64,000 nucleotides of DNA, from positions 217,784-281,783 of the forward strand of contig DISH01000006.1 of the NCBI GenBank assembly GCA_002421665.1, given 5' to 3'. The stretch comes from Candidatus Omnitrophica bacterium UBA6215 (lineage in GTDB: Bacteria; Omnitrophota; Gorgyraeia; Pluralincolimonadales; Pluralincolimonadaceae). The notes under the pieces are model-generated. The model was not told where the DNA came from. It was given only the letters and a program-made list of their open reading frames with translations, and made no database searches. The position numbers were made by a program, and so were the translations under genes. Shown here one piece after another: positions 27,855 to 38,262 of this stretch; position 1 is the first letter of the stretch; the number at the start of each line of letters is the position of its first letter.

Positions 27855-29005
27855 CCTCTTAACTGCTCTTTCAGTAATTCCAACGCTATGACATTGCGCT
27901 GGATCTGGTTAGTACCCTCGTATATCTGGGTTATCTTCGCATCACGCATGTATTTTTCCACGGGATAATCACGCATGTAACCGTAACCGCCCAGGACCTG
28001 TATGGCATCGGTCGTCACTTTCATCGCCACGTCGGAGGCAAAGAGCTTGGCCATAGCGGATTCCTTGGAAACATCTTTCGCGCCGGTATCGACCATCTTG
28101 GCCACTGAATACGTAAGAGCACGGGCAGCCTCAACTTCTGTGGCCATATCGGCCAGCATGAACTGCAACCCCTGGAACGACGATATAGTCTTGCCGAATT
28201 GTTTACGTTCGCGGGAATATTTGACTGCGTGGTCTAAAGCACCCTGCGCAATACCAACGGCCTGCGCGGCTACACCCGGACGGGACTTATCAAAGGTCTT
28301 CATCGCAACTATAAAACCCATACCTTCGCGTCCCAGTAAATTCGCCTTGGGTATCTTGCATTCGTTAAATACAAGCTCGCGGGTAGCGGAGGCGCGTATA
28401 CCAAGCTTCTTCTCTTTCTTGCCGAAATCAAAACCCGGGGTGCCTTTCTCAATGATAAAAGCGCTGGCGCCGCGCGCGCCCTTTTCCCTGTCGGTCATCG
28501 CTATGACCGTGTAGACTTCCGCTTCACCGCCGTTGGTTATCCATTGCTTGACGCCGTTAAGCACATAATGATCGCCCTCTTTCCTGGCTGTTGTAGCTAT
28601 TGCGCCCGCATCCGAACCTGCGCCGGCTTCGGTCAAAGCAAAAGCGGCAAGTTTCTTGCCGCTTGCTATATCCGGGAGATATTTCTGCTTCTGTTCATCG
28701 TTACCGAACAATATTATGGGGTACGTCCCGAGAGCCGTGGCAGCAAAACATATGGCAATACCGCCGCACGCGCGCGAAAGTTCTTCGGTCACGAGGCAAA
28801 GCTCCATAGCACCACCGCCTAAGCCTCCGTACTTTTCCTCGATGTAGACACCGCAAAGGTCGGATTCTGCCATAACCTTCATGATCTCCCAAGGAAAAGT
28901 CTCTTTTTCGTCATGCTCGGCCGCGACGGGCGTAATCTTTTCTTTCGCAATCTTGCGCGCCAGATCGCGCACCATAATCTGCTGCTCTGTAAGTAAATAA
29001 TCCAT
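27851..29005 (-). CDS. Acyl-CoA dehydrogenase (butyryl-CoA dehydrogenase-like, short-chain)
   Basis: 384-aa ORF with ACAD motifs ([23 protein letters not shown]). 4-nt overlap with etfB, giving a bcd-etfBA arrangement. Confidence 0.9.
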   Translation of the reverse strand: MDYLLTEQQIMVRDLARKIAKEKITPVAAEHDEKETFPWEIMKVMAESDLCGVYIEEKYGGLGGGAMELCLVTEELSRACGGIAICFAATALGTYPIILFGNDEQKQKYLPDIASGKKLAAFALTEAGAGSDAGAIATTARKEGDHYVLNGVKQWITNGGEAEVYTVIAMTDREKGARGASAFIIEKGTPGFDFGKKEKKLGIRASATRELVFNECKIPKANLLGREGMGFIVAMKTFDKSRPGVAAQAVGIAQGALDHAVKYSRERKQFGKTISSFQGLQFMLADMATEVEAARALTYSVAKMVDTGAKDVSKESAMAKLFASDVAMKVTTDAIQVLGGYGYMRDYPVEKYMRDAKITQIYEGTNQIQRNVIALELLKEQLRG

Positions 29006-29034
29006 AATCTCACCCCTTTTGCGAATTATTCGGG

Positions 29035-30282
29035 TTACGGAAGGAACTTTTTAACAGCGATGCAGGCGTTGTGCCCGCCGAAACCGAAGGCATTTGATAT
29101 CGCAACATCTACCTTGGCCTTCCTTGCTTTATTTGGTACATAATCGAGATCGCAATCGGGATCCTGCGTCTCGTAATTTATGGTAGGAGGTATTATATCC
29201 TCTTTCACGGACATGGTGCAGGCGATAAATTCTATCCCGCCTGCGGCGCCAAGGCAATGGCCTGTCATAGATTTGGTTGAACTGACTGGTATCTTATATG
29301 CCATCTCGCCGAATACCTTCTTTATGGCCAGGGACTCTATCTTATCGTTCAATTCGGTGGAGGTCCCGTGCGCGTTTATATATGATACACCGCCGGCCGT
29401 CAACCCTCCATCCTGCAAAGCAAGCTTCATGCACATCGCGGCCCCTTCCCCTTTAGGGTCGGGCGCAGTCATGTGATAGGCGTCGCCGGACATCCCGTAA
29501 CCGGCCAACTCGGCGTATATCTTGGCTCCGCGCTTTTGAGCGTGATCCAGAGATTCTATGACGGCGATGCCGCAACCTTCCCCGATAACAAAACCGTCCC
29601 TGTTCTTATCGAACGGCCTGCTTGCTTTTTCGGGTTCGTCATTCCTCTTCGAAAGCGCCGTAAGAGCACAAAAACCTCCGACACCTGTCGGTACAACCGC
29701 CGCTTCGGTCCCTCCGGTTATCATGACATCGGCGTAACCATGCTGTATGAGCCTCAGGGCTTCCCCTATCGAATGGTTGCCGGTAGCGCAGGCAGTAGCA
29801 ACACAGGAGTTCGGACCTTTGAGCCCGAACTGTATGGATATCTGGCCCGGCGCCATATTTACTATAAGCATCGGTATGAGCAACGGGGCCAGCCTGGAAG
29901 GACCTTTTTCCTTCCAGATAAGGGTCTGGTCCTGTATAACCTTTAATCCCCCTATACCCGAACCCACGAGGACCCCTATCCTGTAAGGGTCCTCTTTTGA
30001 GATATCAAGTCCGGAATCCTCGATGGCCATCTTGGAGCAACAGACCGCGAATTGGACGAACCGGTCCATTCTCCTGATATCCTTCGGATTGCTTATATGA
30101 AGGGAGGGATCGAATCCCTTGACCTCGCAGGCTATCTGGCTGTCAAAACCGGTGGGATCGAACTGCGTAATCTTTCCGGCGCCGCTTTTGCCCGCAAGCA
30201 GGGATGCCCAAAACTCATCCTTGGTATTGCCTACGGGTGTAACGGCTCCAAGGCCCGTTACTACTACTCTTCTTCTCTCCAT
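29035..30282 (-). CDS. fabF: 3-oxoacyl-ACP synthase II
   Basis: 415-aa ORF with the KAS II catalytic triad context (CATG...HGTST...GHNACIAV). Confidence 0.9.
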   Translation of the reverse strand: MERRRVVVTGLGAVTPVGNTKDEFWASLLAGKSGAGKITQFDPTGFDSQIACEVKGFDPSLHISNPKDIRRMDRFVQFAVCCSKMAIEDSGLDISKEDPYRIGVLVGSGIGGLKVIQDQTLIWKEKGPSRLAPLLIPMLIVNMAPGQISIQFGLKGPNSCVATACATGNHSIGEALRLIQHGYADVMITGGTEAAVVPTGVGGFCALTALSKRNDEPEKASRPFDKNRDGFVIGEGCGIAVIESLDHAQKRGAKIYAELAGYGMSGDAYHMTAPDPKGEGAAMCMKLALQDGGLTAGGVSYINAHGTSTELNDKIESLAIKKVFGEMAYKIPVSSTKSMTGHCLGAAGGIEFIACTMSVKEDIIPPTINYETQDPDCDLDYVPNKARKAKVDVAISNAFGFGGHNACIAVKKFLP

Positions 30283-30291
30283 TAAGCTCTA

Positions 30292-30537
30292 TTAAGCCTT
30301 GTTTCCGGTCTTTTCTTCTATATACTTGATGGCTTCGCCTACCGTCTTCATCTTCTCGGCGTCCTCATCGGGTATCTCTGCCTTGAACTCTTCCTCAAGC
30401 GCCATAACGATCTCAACCGTATCCAGGGAATCCGCGCCAAGGTCATCTATGAACGTCGCCTGGGGGGTAACTTCTTCCAGTTTTACACCTAACTGCTTCG
30501 CTATTATCTCCCTAACTTTATCTGCAACAGCCGACAT
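30292..30537 (-). CDS. acpP: Acyl carrier protein
   Basis: 81 aa with the phosphopantetheine attachment motif LGADSLD. Confidence 0.9.
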   Translation of the reverse strand: MSAVADKVREIIAKQLGVKLEEVTPQATFIDDLGADSLDTVEIVMALEEEFKAEIPDEDAEKMKTVGEAIKYIEEKTGNKA

Positions 30538-30561
30538 GTACTCTCCTCCTTGTTGGGTTGA

Positions 30562-31302
30562 CTACATGACCATCCCGCCGTCAATCTTTATTACCTGTCC
30601 GGTTATGTATGACGACGCGTCAGATGCCAGGAACATCGCCAGTTCAGCTACGTCGCTTGCTTTTCCGAATCTATTTAATGGGATCATCGACAACATCTGG
30701 GCTTTCACGTTTTCAGGAAGCTTTGCGGTCATGTCTGTAGCTATGAAGCCCGGAGCAATAGCGTTCACGTTAACGTTCCTTGATGCCAGTTCTTTTGCTA
30801 CGCTCTTTGTGATCCCTATTATCCCCGCCTTGGAGGCCGCGTAATTGGCCTGTCCGGCATTACCCATTATACCGATTATTGAGGCTATGGAAACTATCTT
30901 GCCGTAACGCTGCTTCATCATAACCTTTGAGGCCGCCTTTGTGCAATTAAATGTCCCTTTTAGGTTTACGGCGATTACGGAATCGAATTCCTGCTCGCTC
31001 ATCCGGACGATCAAAGCGTCTCTGGTTATGCCTGCATTGTTAATCAGTATATCGATTTTCTGGAATTTGTCAAGCGTCTTATTGACCATATCCTCGACCT
31101 GGGAGAAGTTGGTCACGTCTACAACGAAAGTGGCGCTTTTGCGCCCCAGGGACTCTATCTCCTTGCTCGTAGAGTCCAGGGCATCCTGGTTCACATCGCA
31201 AAGGACTATGTCGCAGCCTTCCTTCGCGAAAGCCAGGGCTATCTCCCTGCCTATACCCCTCGCCCCTCCGGTTATTAAGCATACCCTGTCCTTAAATATC
31301 AT
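30562..31302 (-). CDS. fabG: 3-oxoacyl-ACP reductase
   Basis: 246-aa SDR with TGGARGIG NAD(P)-binding motif and YAASKAG catalytic motif. Confidence 0.9.
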   Translation of the reverse strand: MIFKDRVCLITGGARGIGREIALAFAKEGCDIVLCDVNQDALDSTSKEIESLGRKSATFVVDVTNFSQVEDMVNKTLDKFQKIDILINNAGITRDALIVRMSEQEFDSVIAVNLKGTFNCTKAASKVMMKQRYGKIVSIASIIGIMGNAGQANYAASKAGIIGITKSVAKELASRNVNVNAIAPGFIATDMTAKLPENVKAQMLSMIPLNRFGKASDVAELAMFLASDASSYITGQVIKIDGGMVM

Positions 31303-31317
31303 TGCCGTCTCCTCTCT

Positions 31318-32253
31318 TTACTCGCGCAATAAAGCATCTTTCACGGACAAAACATCGGAAGATGCCTCTACGTTAAGGCATTCAAGCGCCGGATCTATCC
31401 TCCTTAACAAACCGGCCAGGACCTTGCCCGGGCCGACTTCTATATACCTTTTTATCCCGCGTCCGGAAAGGAACTTTATAGAATCCTCCCAAAGCACGGA
31501 CGATTTCACTTGGATTACTAGATTGGACTTGATCTCGTCCGGGGATTCCTCGAAACCGGCATTTACATTAGTCACGACCGGTATCCTGGGAGGCTTTATC
31601 GCCACTTTATCCGCTTCCACGGCAAGCTTTGAAGCCGCCGGTTCCATAAGGCTGGAATGGAAAGCACCGCTTACATCAAGGGGGATGACCTTCCGCGCGC
31701 CCTTTTGCCTGGCCGAATTGGAAGCCGCCTCCACGTTCGCCTTGGTCCCGGATATCACGATCTGTCCGGGAGAGTTCAGGTTAGCTATCTCCGCACCCGT
31801 CTCCAAACAGGCCTTTCTGGTCTCTTCAAGGGAAAGCCCTATTACCGAAGCCATAGTGCCGGGATTCTGCTTGGATGCTTCTTCCATGAATTGACCGCGT
31901 TTTCTTACAAGCATTACCGCATCGTCAAAAGAGATCGAACCTGCCGCAACGAGCGCAGTATACTCGCCGAGACTGAGCCCCAGCACAGCCTTCGGCACAA
32001 GCGGAGCCTCTAGAGCCGACTCAAGGGCCCTCAATGCGGCTATCGAGGCCGTTAATATAGCCGGCTGGCAGATATCCGTCCTTGTCAACTCTTCCTTGGG
32101 CCCGTCAAAACATAACTTTGCTATGTCAAAACCAAGGATGTTATTGGCTTTTTCGAATATGACTTTTGAAGCGGGGAATTGCCCGTATAATTCCTTGCCC
32201 ATTCCTACGTACTGGGCACCCTGTCCCGGGAATATTATGGCAGCATCTACCAT
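31318..32253 (-). CDS. fabD: Malonyl-CoA:ACP transacylase
   Basis: GQGAQ, GLSLGE and catalytic Ser/His motifs. The start is taken at MVDAAIIFPGQG, just after the fabH stop. The ORF-track start at 32274 would overlap fabH. Confidence 0.9.
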   Translation of the reverse strand: MVDAAIIFPGQGAQYVGMGKELYGQFPASKVIFEKANNILGFDIAKLCFDGPKEELTRTDICQPAILTASIAALRALESALEAPLVPKAVLGLSLGEYTALVAAGSISFDDAVMLVRKRGQFMEEASKQNPGTMASVIGLSLEETRKACLETGAEIANLNSPGQIVISGTKANVEAASNSARQKGARKVIPLDVSGAFHSSLMEPAASKLAVEADKVAIKPPRIPVVTNVNAGFEESPDEIKSNLVIQVKSSVLWEDSIKFLSGRGIKRYIEVGPGKVLAGLLRRIDPALECLNVEASSDVLSVKDALLRE

Positions 32254-33230
32254 TCTATTACGCATGACCCCCATACAAAACCGCTTCCGAAAGCAACCAT
32301 GAGCACCTTGTCGCCCTTCTTTACCCTGCCTTCTTTTACAGCTTCATACAGGGCAACTATAGCGGAAGCCGCCGACATATTGCCGTATCTTTCCACGTTC
32401 ACGAACGCCCTATCGGAAGGTATGCCTACGCGTTCGATAACGGCTTCTATTATCCTCCTGTTGGCTTGGTGGGGTATTATGCAATCGATATCCTTCGTAG
32501 TAAGTCCGGCTTTCTCAATGGCCCTGTTCACCGCATCGGTCATTACCCTTACTGCGTTTTTGAAGACTTCGTTGCCTTCCATCTTAAGGAAATGCAACCC
32601 TTGGGTTACGGTCTCGTGTGAGGCCGGATTGACTGAACCTCCTGCCGGGAACATCAGCAGCCTGCTCTTTGTCCCGTCCGCACCGAGATACGATGACAAT
32701 AGCCCTCCCGATTTGACGGGCGCTATGACGGCAGCGCCTGCCCCGTCACCGAACAAAACGCACGTCGAACGGTCATTCCAATCTATAAAACGCGACAACA
32801 GTTCAACGCCAATGACGAGTATCCTTTTGTACATGCCCGTCTCGATGAACTGCTGGGCTATCGTAAGCTCGTGGATAAAACCCGAACAGGCTGCGTTGAT
32901 GTCAAAACAGGCCGCGTTCTTAGCCCCAAGCTTGGCCTGCACGAAACAGCTTGTCGCCGGAAAAGGCATATCGGGTGTTATGGTGGCAAGTATGATAAGT
33001 TCTATGTCCTCGGGCATAAGGTTGGCATCCTTAAGGGCCATGCGGGCGGCGTGGACAGCCAGGTCCGAAGTAGTCTCTTCCTTATGGGCTATCCTCCTCT
33101 CGGATATTCCCGTCCTTGTACGTATCCACTCGTCCGAAGTCTCGACAAGTTTTTCGAGATCGGCATTGGTCATTACCTTCTCGGGCAGATATGCCCCCAG
33201 ACCTATAATTCCGGCTTTTGTCTTCATCAT
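32247..33230 (-). CDS. fabH: 3-oxoacyl-ACP synthase III
   Basis: FabH motifs (ACSGF, HQANRRI, GNMSAASA). The start is set at MMKTKAGIIG, whose ATG overlaps the plsX stop (ATGA). The ORF-track start at 33350 is an upstream in-frame ATG inside plsX. Confidence 0.9.
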   Translation of the reverse strand: MMKTKAGIIGLGAYLPEKVMTNADLEKLVETSDEWIRTRTGISERRIAHKEETTSDLAVHAARMALKDANLMPEDIELIILATITPDMPFPATSCFVQAKLGAKNAACFDINAACSGFIHELTIAQQFIETGMYKRILVIGVELLSRFIDWNDRSTCVLFGDGAGAAVIAPVKSGGLLSSYLGADGTKSRLLMFPAGGSVNPASHETVTQGLHFLKMEGNEVFKNAVRVMTDAVNRAIEKAGLTTKDIDCIIPHQANRRIIEAVIERVGIPSDRAFVNVERYGNMSAASAIVALYEAVKEGRVKKGDKVLMVAFGSGFVWGSCVIEW

Positions 33231-34219
33231 TTGGGGTTGTTTATTGAATCGAGGATGTGATTGTTTACCTTGTGGTCTACAAATTCCCCGGCGACCCTTA
33301 TGGCGTTCTTTATGGCTTTCGCGGAAGAGCGTCCGTGACTTATTATGCATATCCCGTTGACGCCCAGCAGGGGCGCACCGCCGTATTCCGCATAGTCTAT
33401 TTGCTTCTTCACGGCTTCCAGCGCCGGCTTGGTCAATAATCCGCCTATTATCCTTAACGGGTCTTTCTTTATCTGGTCTTTTATGAAGGATGCTATGGTA
33501 GAAGCTATGGATTCCGAGACCTTCAGGACCACATTACCGGTATAACCGTCGCATATTACAACATCAAAAACACCGGTAAATATATCTTTGCCTTCGGCAT
33601 TCCCTTTGAAATTAAGCTTGCTTGATTCCAGCAGCTGGTGGGTTTTTTTGAGGTAATCAGGCCCCTTGGAAGATTCTTCTCCTATATTAAGAAGGCCTAT
33701 GGAAGGGTTCTTTCTCCCGAATATATGTTTTGCGTATACGTCACCCATCAAGCCGAATCCCATAAGATGCTCGGGTTCGGGGTTTATAGTGGCGCCCACA
33801 TCTATAAGTAATACCGGACCCTTAATAGAAGGTAACGGTATCGCTATGCCGGGGCGCTCCACTCCCGGAAGCCTCCTGAGCGACAGCATGGCCGCGCTTA
33901 CGAAAGCCGCCGTATTACCGGCCGATACAACCGCGTCGGCTTTACCTTCTTTGGCAAGCTCGGTTGCAACGCATATAGAAGAATCCTTTTTGGCCCTGGC
34001 GCTGGCGGCGCCGGGCTCATGCATATCTATTATCTCGGAAGCATGATGTATTTTTACGTTGGAAGGGACATGGCCTGTTTTTTTGAGCTCAGCCTCAAGC
34101 CTGGCCTTGTCTCCAACCAAAATTATCTCGGAACCGTACTCTAACGCGGCTTGGACCGCCCCCTCGACAACTACCTTCGGGGCATAATCACCGCCCATGC
34201 CATCGACGGCTATCCTCAT
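33227..34219 (-). CDS. plsX: Phosphate acyltransferase PlsX
   Basis: 330-aa ORF with an MRIAVDGMGGDYAP N-terminus typical of PlsX. Confidence 0.9.
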   Translation of the reverse strand: MRIAVDGMGGDYAPKVVVEGAVQAALEYGSEIILVGDKARLEAELKKTGHVPSNVKIHHASEIIDMHEPGAASARAKKDSSICVATELAKEGKADAVVSAGNTAAFVSAAMLSLRRLPGVERPGIAIPLPSIKGPVLLIDVGATINPEPEHLMGFGLMGDVYAKHIFGRKNPSIGLLNIGEESSKGPDYLKKTHQLLESSKLNFKGNAEGKDIFTGVFDVVICDGYTGNVVLKVSESIASTIASFIKDQIKKDPLRIIGGLLTKPALEAVKKQIDYAEYGGAPLLGVNGICIISHGRSSAKAIKNAIRVAGEFVDHKVNNHILDSINNPK

Positions 34220-34413
34220 TTCTTCTTCTCTTCCTTGACCTTAACGTCAAGGACTTTGCGTCCTTTGTAATAACCGCAGCTGGGGCATGCGTGGTGTGAT
34301 TTTACATACGCAAAACACTGGGGACATTTAGATACGGCCGGCGCTGAAAGTACCTGATGGGTACGCGATTTATCACGCCTTGCTTTTGAATGTTTTCTTT
34401 TTGGCAGTGCCAT
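34216..34413 (-). CDS. rpmF: 50S ribosomal protein L32
   Basis: 65 aa, MALPKRKHSKARRDKSR...CPQC...CPSCG. Confidence 0.9.
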   Translation of the reverse strand: MALPKRKHSKARRDKSRTHQVLSAPAVSKCPQCFAYVKSHHACPSCGYYKGRKVLDVKVKEEKKK

Positions 34414-34430
34414 TTATCTCTTCTCCTTCG

Positions 34431-34877
34431 TTAATTGCCGCTTTTCTTGGCTTCGCTCCACCTGTCTGCATCCGGCTTGTGCCCGCAATCGCCTTCGTTA
34501 AGGTTCTTGCCGCAAACCTGGCAGAGCCCTTTGCAGTTCTCACTGCAAAGAGGTTTTACCGGATACTCCAATATTATTTCCTGCCTTATATCATCGGTCA
34601 GGTCCAGGACGGTCTTCCCTTTGACGTCGTAGCTGAAATCGAATTCCTTGTTGAAATTTATAATGTATGCCGCGAGGCAACGTCCGCATACCGCCTCGAT
34701 CCTGCCTTCCGCCGACACATGGGCGTAGACATCATCTGTGTCGCGCGTTATGAACGCCTTCAATGTTATAGGTGTTACGAACTTGAGGTCATCCCTAGCC
34801 AGGTCAAGGGCCGCGGCATCATGCTGTTCCTCAAGCGTCAACCCTTCCTGCGGTATGTCATTGACCTTTATCTTCAT
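34431..34877 (-). CDS. yceD: YceD/DUF177 family protein (large-subunit rRNA accumulation protein)
   Basis: 148 aa with C-terminal CxxC...CxxC. Sits in the conserved position upstream of rpmF-plsX. Confidence 0.8.
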   Translation of the reverse strand: MKIKVNDIPQEGLTLEEQHDAAALDLARDDLKFVTPITLKAFITRDTDDVYAHVSAEGRIEAVCGRCLAAYIINFNKEFDFSYDVKGKTVLDLTDDIRQEIILEYPVKPLCSENCKGLCQVCGKNLNEGDCGHKPDADRWSEAKKSGN

Positions 34878-35353
34878 CTTAGTTTGCGTGTCAGGGCCTT
34901 GGCGACAAAAGGCGGGACAAAATCCCTTACATCTGCGCCAAAGGCGAACGCTTCCTTTATAAGTTTCGATGAAATATACGAGTATGATTCCGAAGGCATC
35001 ATGAATATCGTCTCTATGTCCTGGGCAAGTTTCCTGTTCGTAAGGGCCATCTGAAATTCATATTCGAAATCCGAGAGCATCCTGAGCCCGCGCACCATGA
35101 CAACGGAGCCCTTCTCCCTGACATAGTCTACGGCAAGGTTGTCAAAACTTTCTATCTCAACCCCCCTCATGCCCTTGGTCGCCTGCCTGAGCAAGGCCAG
35201 CCTTTCTTCCACACTGAACAAGGGTTTTTTTTCGGCGTTACGCGCCACGGCTATCACGACCGTATCAAAGATCTTCAGGGCCCTTTTAATCAGGTCTATG
35301 TGGCCGTATGTAACCGGATCGAAAGTCCCTGGATAGACCGCTTTTTTCTTCAT
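34874..35353 (-). CDS. coaD: Phosphopantetheine adenylyltransferase
   Basis: 159 aa with motifs YPGTFDPVTYGHID and RGLRMLSDFEYE. Confidence 0.9.
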   Translation of the reverse strand: MKKKAVYPGTFDPVTYGHIDLIKRALKIFDTVVIAVARNAEKKPLFSVEERLALLRQATKGMRGVEIESFDNLAVDYVREKGSVVMVRGLRMLSDFEYEFQMALTNRKLAQDIETIFMMPSESYSYISSKLIKEAFAFGADVRDFVPPFVAKALTRKLR

Positions 35354-35363
35354 GGTTAGCCTT

Positions 35364-35927
35364 TTAATCCTTGCGGTAAAATGAAACCAGCGTATCGCCG
35401 TACCTGGCAGTACGCAAGAGCTTTAAACTCCCGCTTGAATCGGGCATCTTATCATGCTTGGAATGCTCTATGACCGCTACGCCAGTCGCAGACAATATAT
35501 CATAATCACCAAGCAAAAACAAGGTTTTTTTGGCCAAATCCTTGTAATAAGGCGGGTCCATCAACACTATATCGAAGGCCGCGGCATCCCTGGAGAGTCT
35601 TTCGATGGCTGCGGAAGAATCCGCATATATAACGGCCGCCGGATACGGGGCTTGCGCCGCCGAAACAAGCCCAAGCAAGCCGAGATTGTCTTTTATCGCC
35701 TTTATAGAGGCCCTGCTGTTATCCACGAACGTGCACGAAGCCGCCCCCCTGCTTATGGCCTCTATGCCGAGAGCACCGGAACCGGCAAAGAGATCCAGCA
35801 CTTTTGAGCCCTTCACGGACTCCCCGAGTATATCGAATATAGCCTTCCTAACGTTATCAAGGGTAGGCCTTATACTGGAGGGGGCCTTTATTATCCTGCT
35901 TTTATGTGTTCCGCTTGTTATCCGCAT
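35364..35927 (-). CDS. rsmD: 16S rRNA (guanine966-N2)-methyltransferase RsmD
   Basis: 187 aa with SAM-binding VLDLFAGSGALGIEA and a DPPY catalytic motif. Confidence 0.85.
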   Translation of the reverse strand: MRITSGTHKSRIIKAPSSIRPTLDNVRKAIFDILGESVKGSKVLDLFAGSGALGIEAISRGAASCTFVDNSRASIKAIKDNLGLLGLVSAAQAPYPAAVIYADSSAAIERLSRDAAAFDIVLMDPPYYKDLAKKTLFLLGDYDILSATGVAVIEHSKHDKMPDSSGSLKLLRTARYGDTLVSFYRKD

Positions 35928-37995
35928 CCGGGAATTTCCTCCTCAAAATCTCCCTTAACCCTGAGTTTTCCGGCTTTTTGAGGCCGGTATCATACTGCAT
36001 TAGGCCGAAAGCCTCTTTCCTGGCCGACTCAAGCTGCTTAACATTCGAGACAAGATTGGCATACTTGAGTTCCGGAAGCCCATGCTGCCTTGTACCGAAG
36101 AACTGTCCCGGACCTCTCAAATTGAGGTCCTCCTCCGCTATATTAAACCCGCTTGTCGTCCCTATAAGCGCTCTTAAGCGCTTCTTCGCTTCTTCCGACT
36201 CCGTGTCGGAAATAAGGATACAGTAAGAACGCTGGCTGCCCCTGCCTATCCTGCCGCGCAACTGGTGCAGCTGGCTCAACCCGAACCTTTCGGGATTCTC
36301 GATAAGCATGACCGATACATTAGGGTTGTCTATTCCTACTTCGATAACGGTAGTTGAAACAAGTATACGGACCTTGCCTGACCCGAAATCCGACATCACC
36401 TTCTCCCTTTGCGCGTTATCCAGCCTGCCGTGTACCAGGCCTATACCAAAACCGGGAAATACCGAGTCCCTGAACCTGGCGTACATCTCGGCGGCAGACT
36501 TAAGCTCTTCGTTCTTTGATCTGCTTATAATGGGGCACACTATGAAGGCCTGCTTACCGGCAGATACTTCCTGATATATGAATTTGTATACCCCCCGGCG
36601 CTTGTCTTCCCCGACCAGGTACGATCTTGAAGGTATCCGGCCCCGGGGCATTTCATCCAATACGGACAGGTCCAGGTCACCGTACAACGTCATGGCAAGC
36701 GTCCTCGGAATAGGGGTCGCTGTCATAAAAAGCATATCCGGGTTCAAACCTTTGCGGCCCAATTGCGCTCTCTGGTCGACCCCGAATTTATGCTGTTCGT
36801 CAATAACGGCAAGACCCAGGTCATTGAAGACCACTCCCTCCTGGACGAGGGCATGCGTGCCAATCACTATATCGGCCCGGCCTTCTTTTATCATGCGAAG
36901 CGCCTCTTCACGGTCCTCTCCAGTAACGCTATTGGTAAGAAGGACTATATTAACCCCCAGAGGGCTGAGCAGCCTGTTGAGGTTATTGAAATGCTGCTGC
37001 GCTAAAATTTCGGTAGGGGCCATCAAGGCCCCCTGGTGGGCATTGGAAACCGTAAGTACCAACGCATATGCGGCCACTATTGTCTTGCCGGAACCCACAT
37101 CCCCTTCAAGCAGGCGGCTCATCGGCTTGCTGCTGGCCATATCTTCCTCTATGTCAGATATAGCGCGCTTCTGTGCATCTGTAAATCTGAAGGGGAGCAG
37201 CTGGCTGAACGAAGCCGTCAAGTCCCCCCCTACTTTATGGATTATGCCGTTGCCCGAAGACAAGGAGCTCGTTTTTCTGCGCGCAAGCGCCAGCTGCAGG
37301 ATAAAAAACTCGTCAAAAACTATCCTGTCATATGCAGCCTTGCGGGAGGTTTCGTCGGGAGGGAAATGAATGTCCGAAAGTGCCTGCCTTAGCCCCGGCA
37401 GATCGTTCCTATCCATTATAGCCGTGGGTATGAACTCCTCCACATCGTCAATATATCTGTCGAGAAGGTTTTTTATCACCGACCTCATCCCCCTCTGGCT
37501 TATACCTTCGGTTAACGGGTAAATAGGCACTATCCTTCCCGTATGGATGGTCTCGCCGTCCTGATCGTTGATGATCTCGAAATCGGGGTTCGCCATCTGT
37601 TGAAAATCCTTGTATCTCTCCACCTTGCCATATAGGATGACTTTATCACCGACCTTGAAAACGTTCTGCATATACGGCTGGTTGAACCAAAGCGCGTAGA
37701 TAACGCCTGTTTCGTCCCCGAAGGCCATCTTATATACGGCCATCTTCCCTCCCCGGCGCACCCCTGAGGTTAATACCTCGCCCTTTACGGCAATATGCAA
37801 ACCGGGCTTAAGCTTATTTATCGGCTCAAAATGGCTGCGGTCCTCATAGCGGCGGGGAAAGTGATAAAGAAGGTCCTCGACCGTCTCTATATCCAGTTTA
37901 CGGAGTATTTCGGACCTGGCGGGACCTACTCCCTTGACAAAACGCACCGGGATATCGCATATGGCTTGTTTTTTAGTATTGATGTTTTGGGTCAT
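35902..37995 (-). CDS. recG: ATP-dependent DNA helicase RecG
   Basis: 697 aa with an N-terminal wedge domain and helicase motifs (GDVGSGKT, DEQHKFG, QLRGRIGRG). Confidence 0.9.
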   Translation of the reverse strand: MTQNINTKKQAICDIPVRFVKGVGPARSEILRKLDIETVEDLLYHFPRRYEDRSHFEPINKLKPGLHIAVKGEVLTSGVRRGGKMAVYKMAFGDETGVIYALWFNQPYMQNVFKVGDKVILYGKVERYKDFQQMANPDFEIINDQDGETIHTGRIVPIYPLTEGISQRGMRSVIKNLLDRYIDDVEEFIPTAIMDRNDLPGLRQALSDIHFPPDETSRKAAYDRIVFDEFFILQLALARRKTSSLSSGNGIIHKVGGDLTASFSQLLPFRFTDAQKRAISDIEEDMASSKPMSRLLEGDVGSGKTIVAAYALVLTVSNAHQGALMAPTEILAQQHFNNLNRLLSPLGVNIVLLTNSVTGEDREEALRMIKEGRADIVIGTHALVQEGVVFNDLGLAVIDEQHKFGVDQRAQLGRKGLNPDMLFMTATPIPRTLAMTLYGDLDLSVLDEMPRGRIPSRSYLVGEDKRRGVYKFIYQEVSAGKQAFIVCPIISRSKNEELKSAAEMYARFRDSVFPGFGIGLVHGRLDNAQREKVMSDFGSGKVRILVSTTVIEVGIDNPNVSVMLIENPERFGLSQLHQLRGRIGRGSQRSYCILISDTESEEAKKRLRALIGTTSGFNIAEEDLNLRGPGQFFGTRQHGLPELKYANLVSNVKQLESARKEAFGLMQYDTGLKKPENSGLREILRRKFPDADNKRNT

Positions 37996-38034
37996 CTGTG
38001 TTATTATTATACTCCAATAAATAAGGAGAAAACA

Positions 38035-38262
38035 ATGTCAAAGGTATGTGATATATGCGGAAAAGGCAAACTTGCCGGCATGTCTATAAAGCGCCGCGGT
38101 ATGGCTAAAAAGGACGGCGGTGTAGGCCGTAAGATAACCGGAAGGAGCATAAGGCGTTTTTCACCCAACCTTCAGAAGGTCAAGGTGAACATGAAGGGCG
38201 TAATAAAGACGATTAAGGTCTGCACTTCCTGCATAAGGTCGGGTAAGATAGTAAAGGCCTAA
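38035..38262 (+). CDS. rpmB: 50S ribosomal protein L28
   Basis: 75-aa MSKVCDICGKG...RRFSPNLQKVKV. AAGGAG SD sits 5 nt upstream of ATG 38035. The ORF-track N-terminal extension from 37795 has no support. The 3' end overlaps the recJ stop by 4 nt (convergent). Confidence 0.85.
   Translation: MSKVCDICGKGKLAGMSIKRRGMAKKDGGVGRKITGRSIRRFSPNLQKVKVNMKGVIKTIKVCTSCIRSGKIVKA

Noticed and set aside
37795-38034. N-terminal 80-codon extension of the rpmB ORF call
   Set aside because: The L28 family begins at MSKVCDICGKG, which has a perfect AAGGAG SD. The extension would overlap the recG start region and is unsupported.
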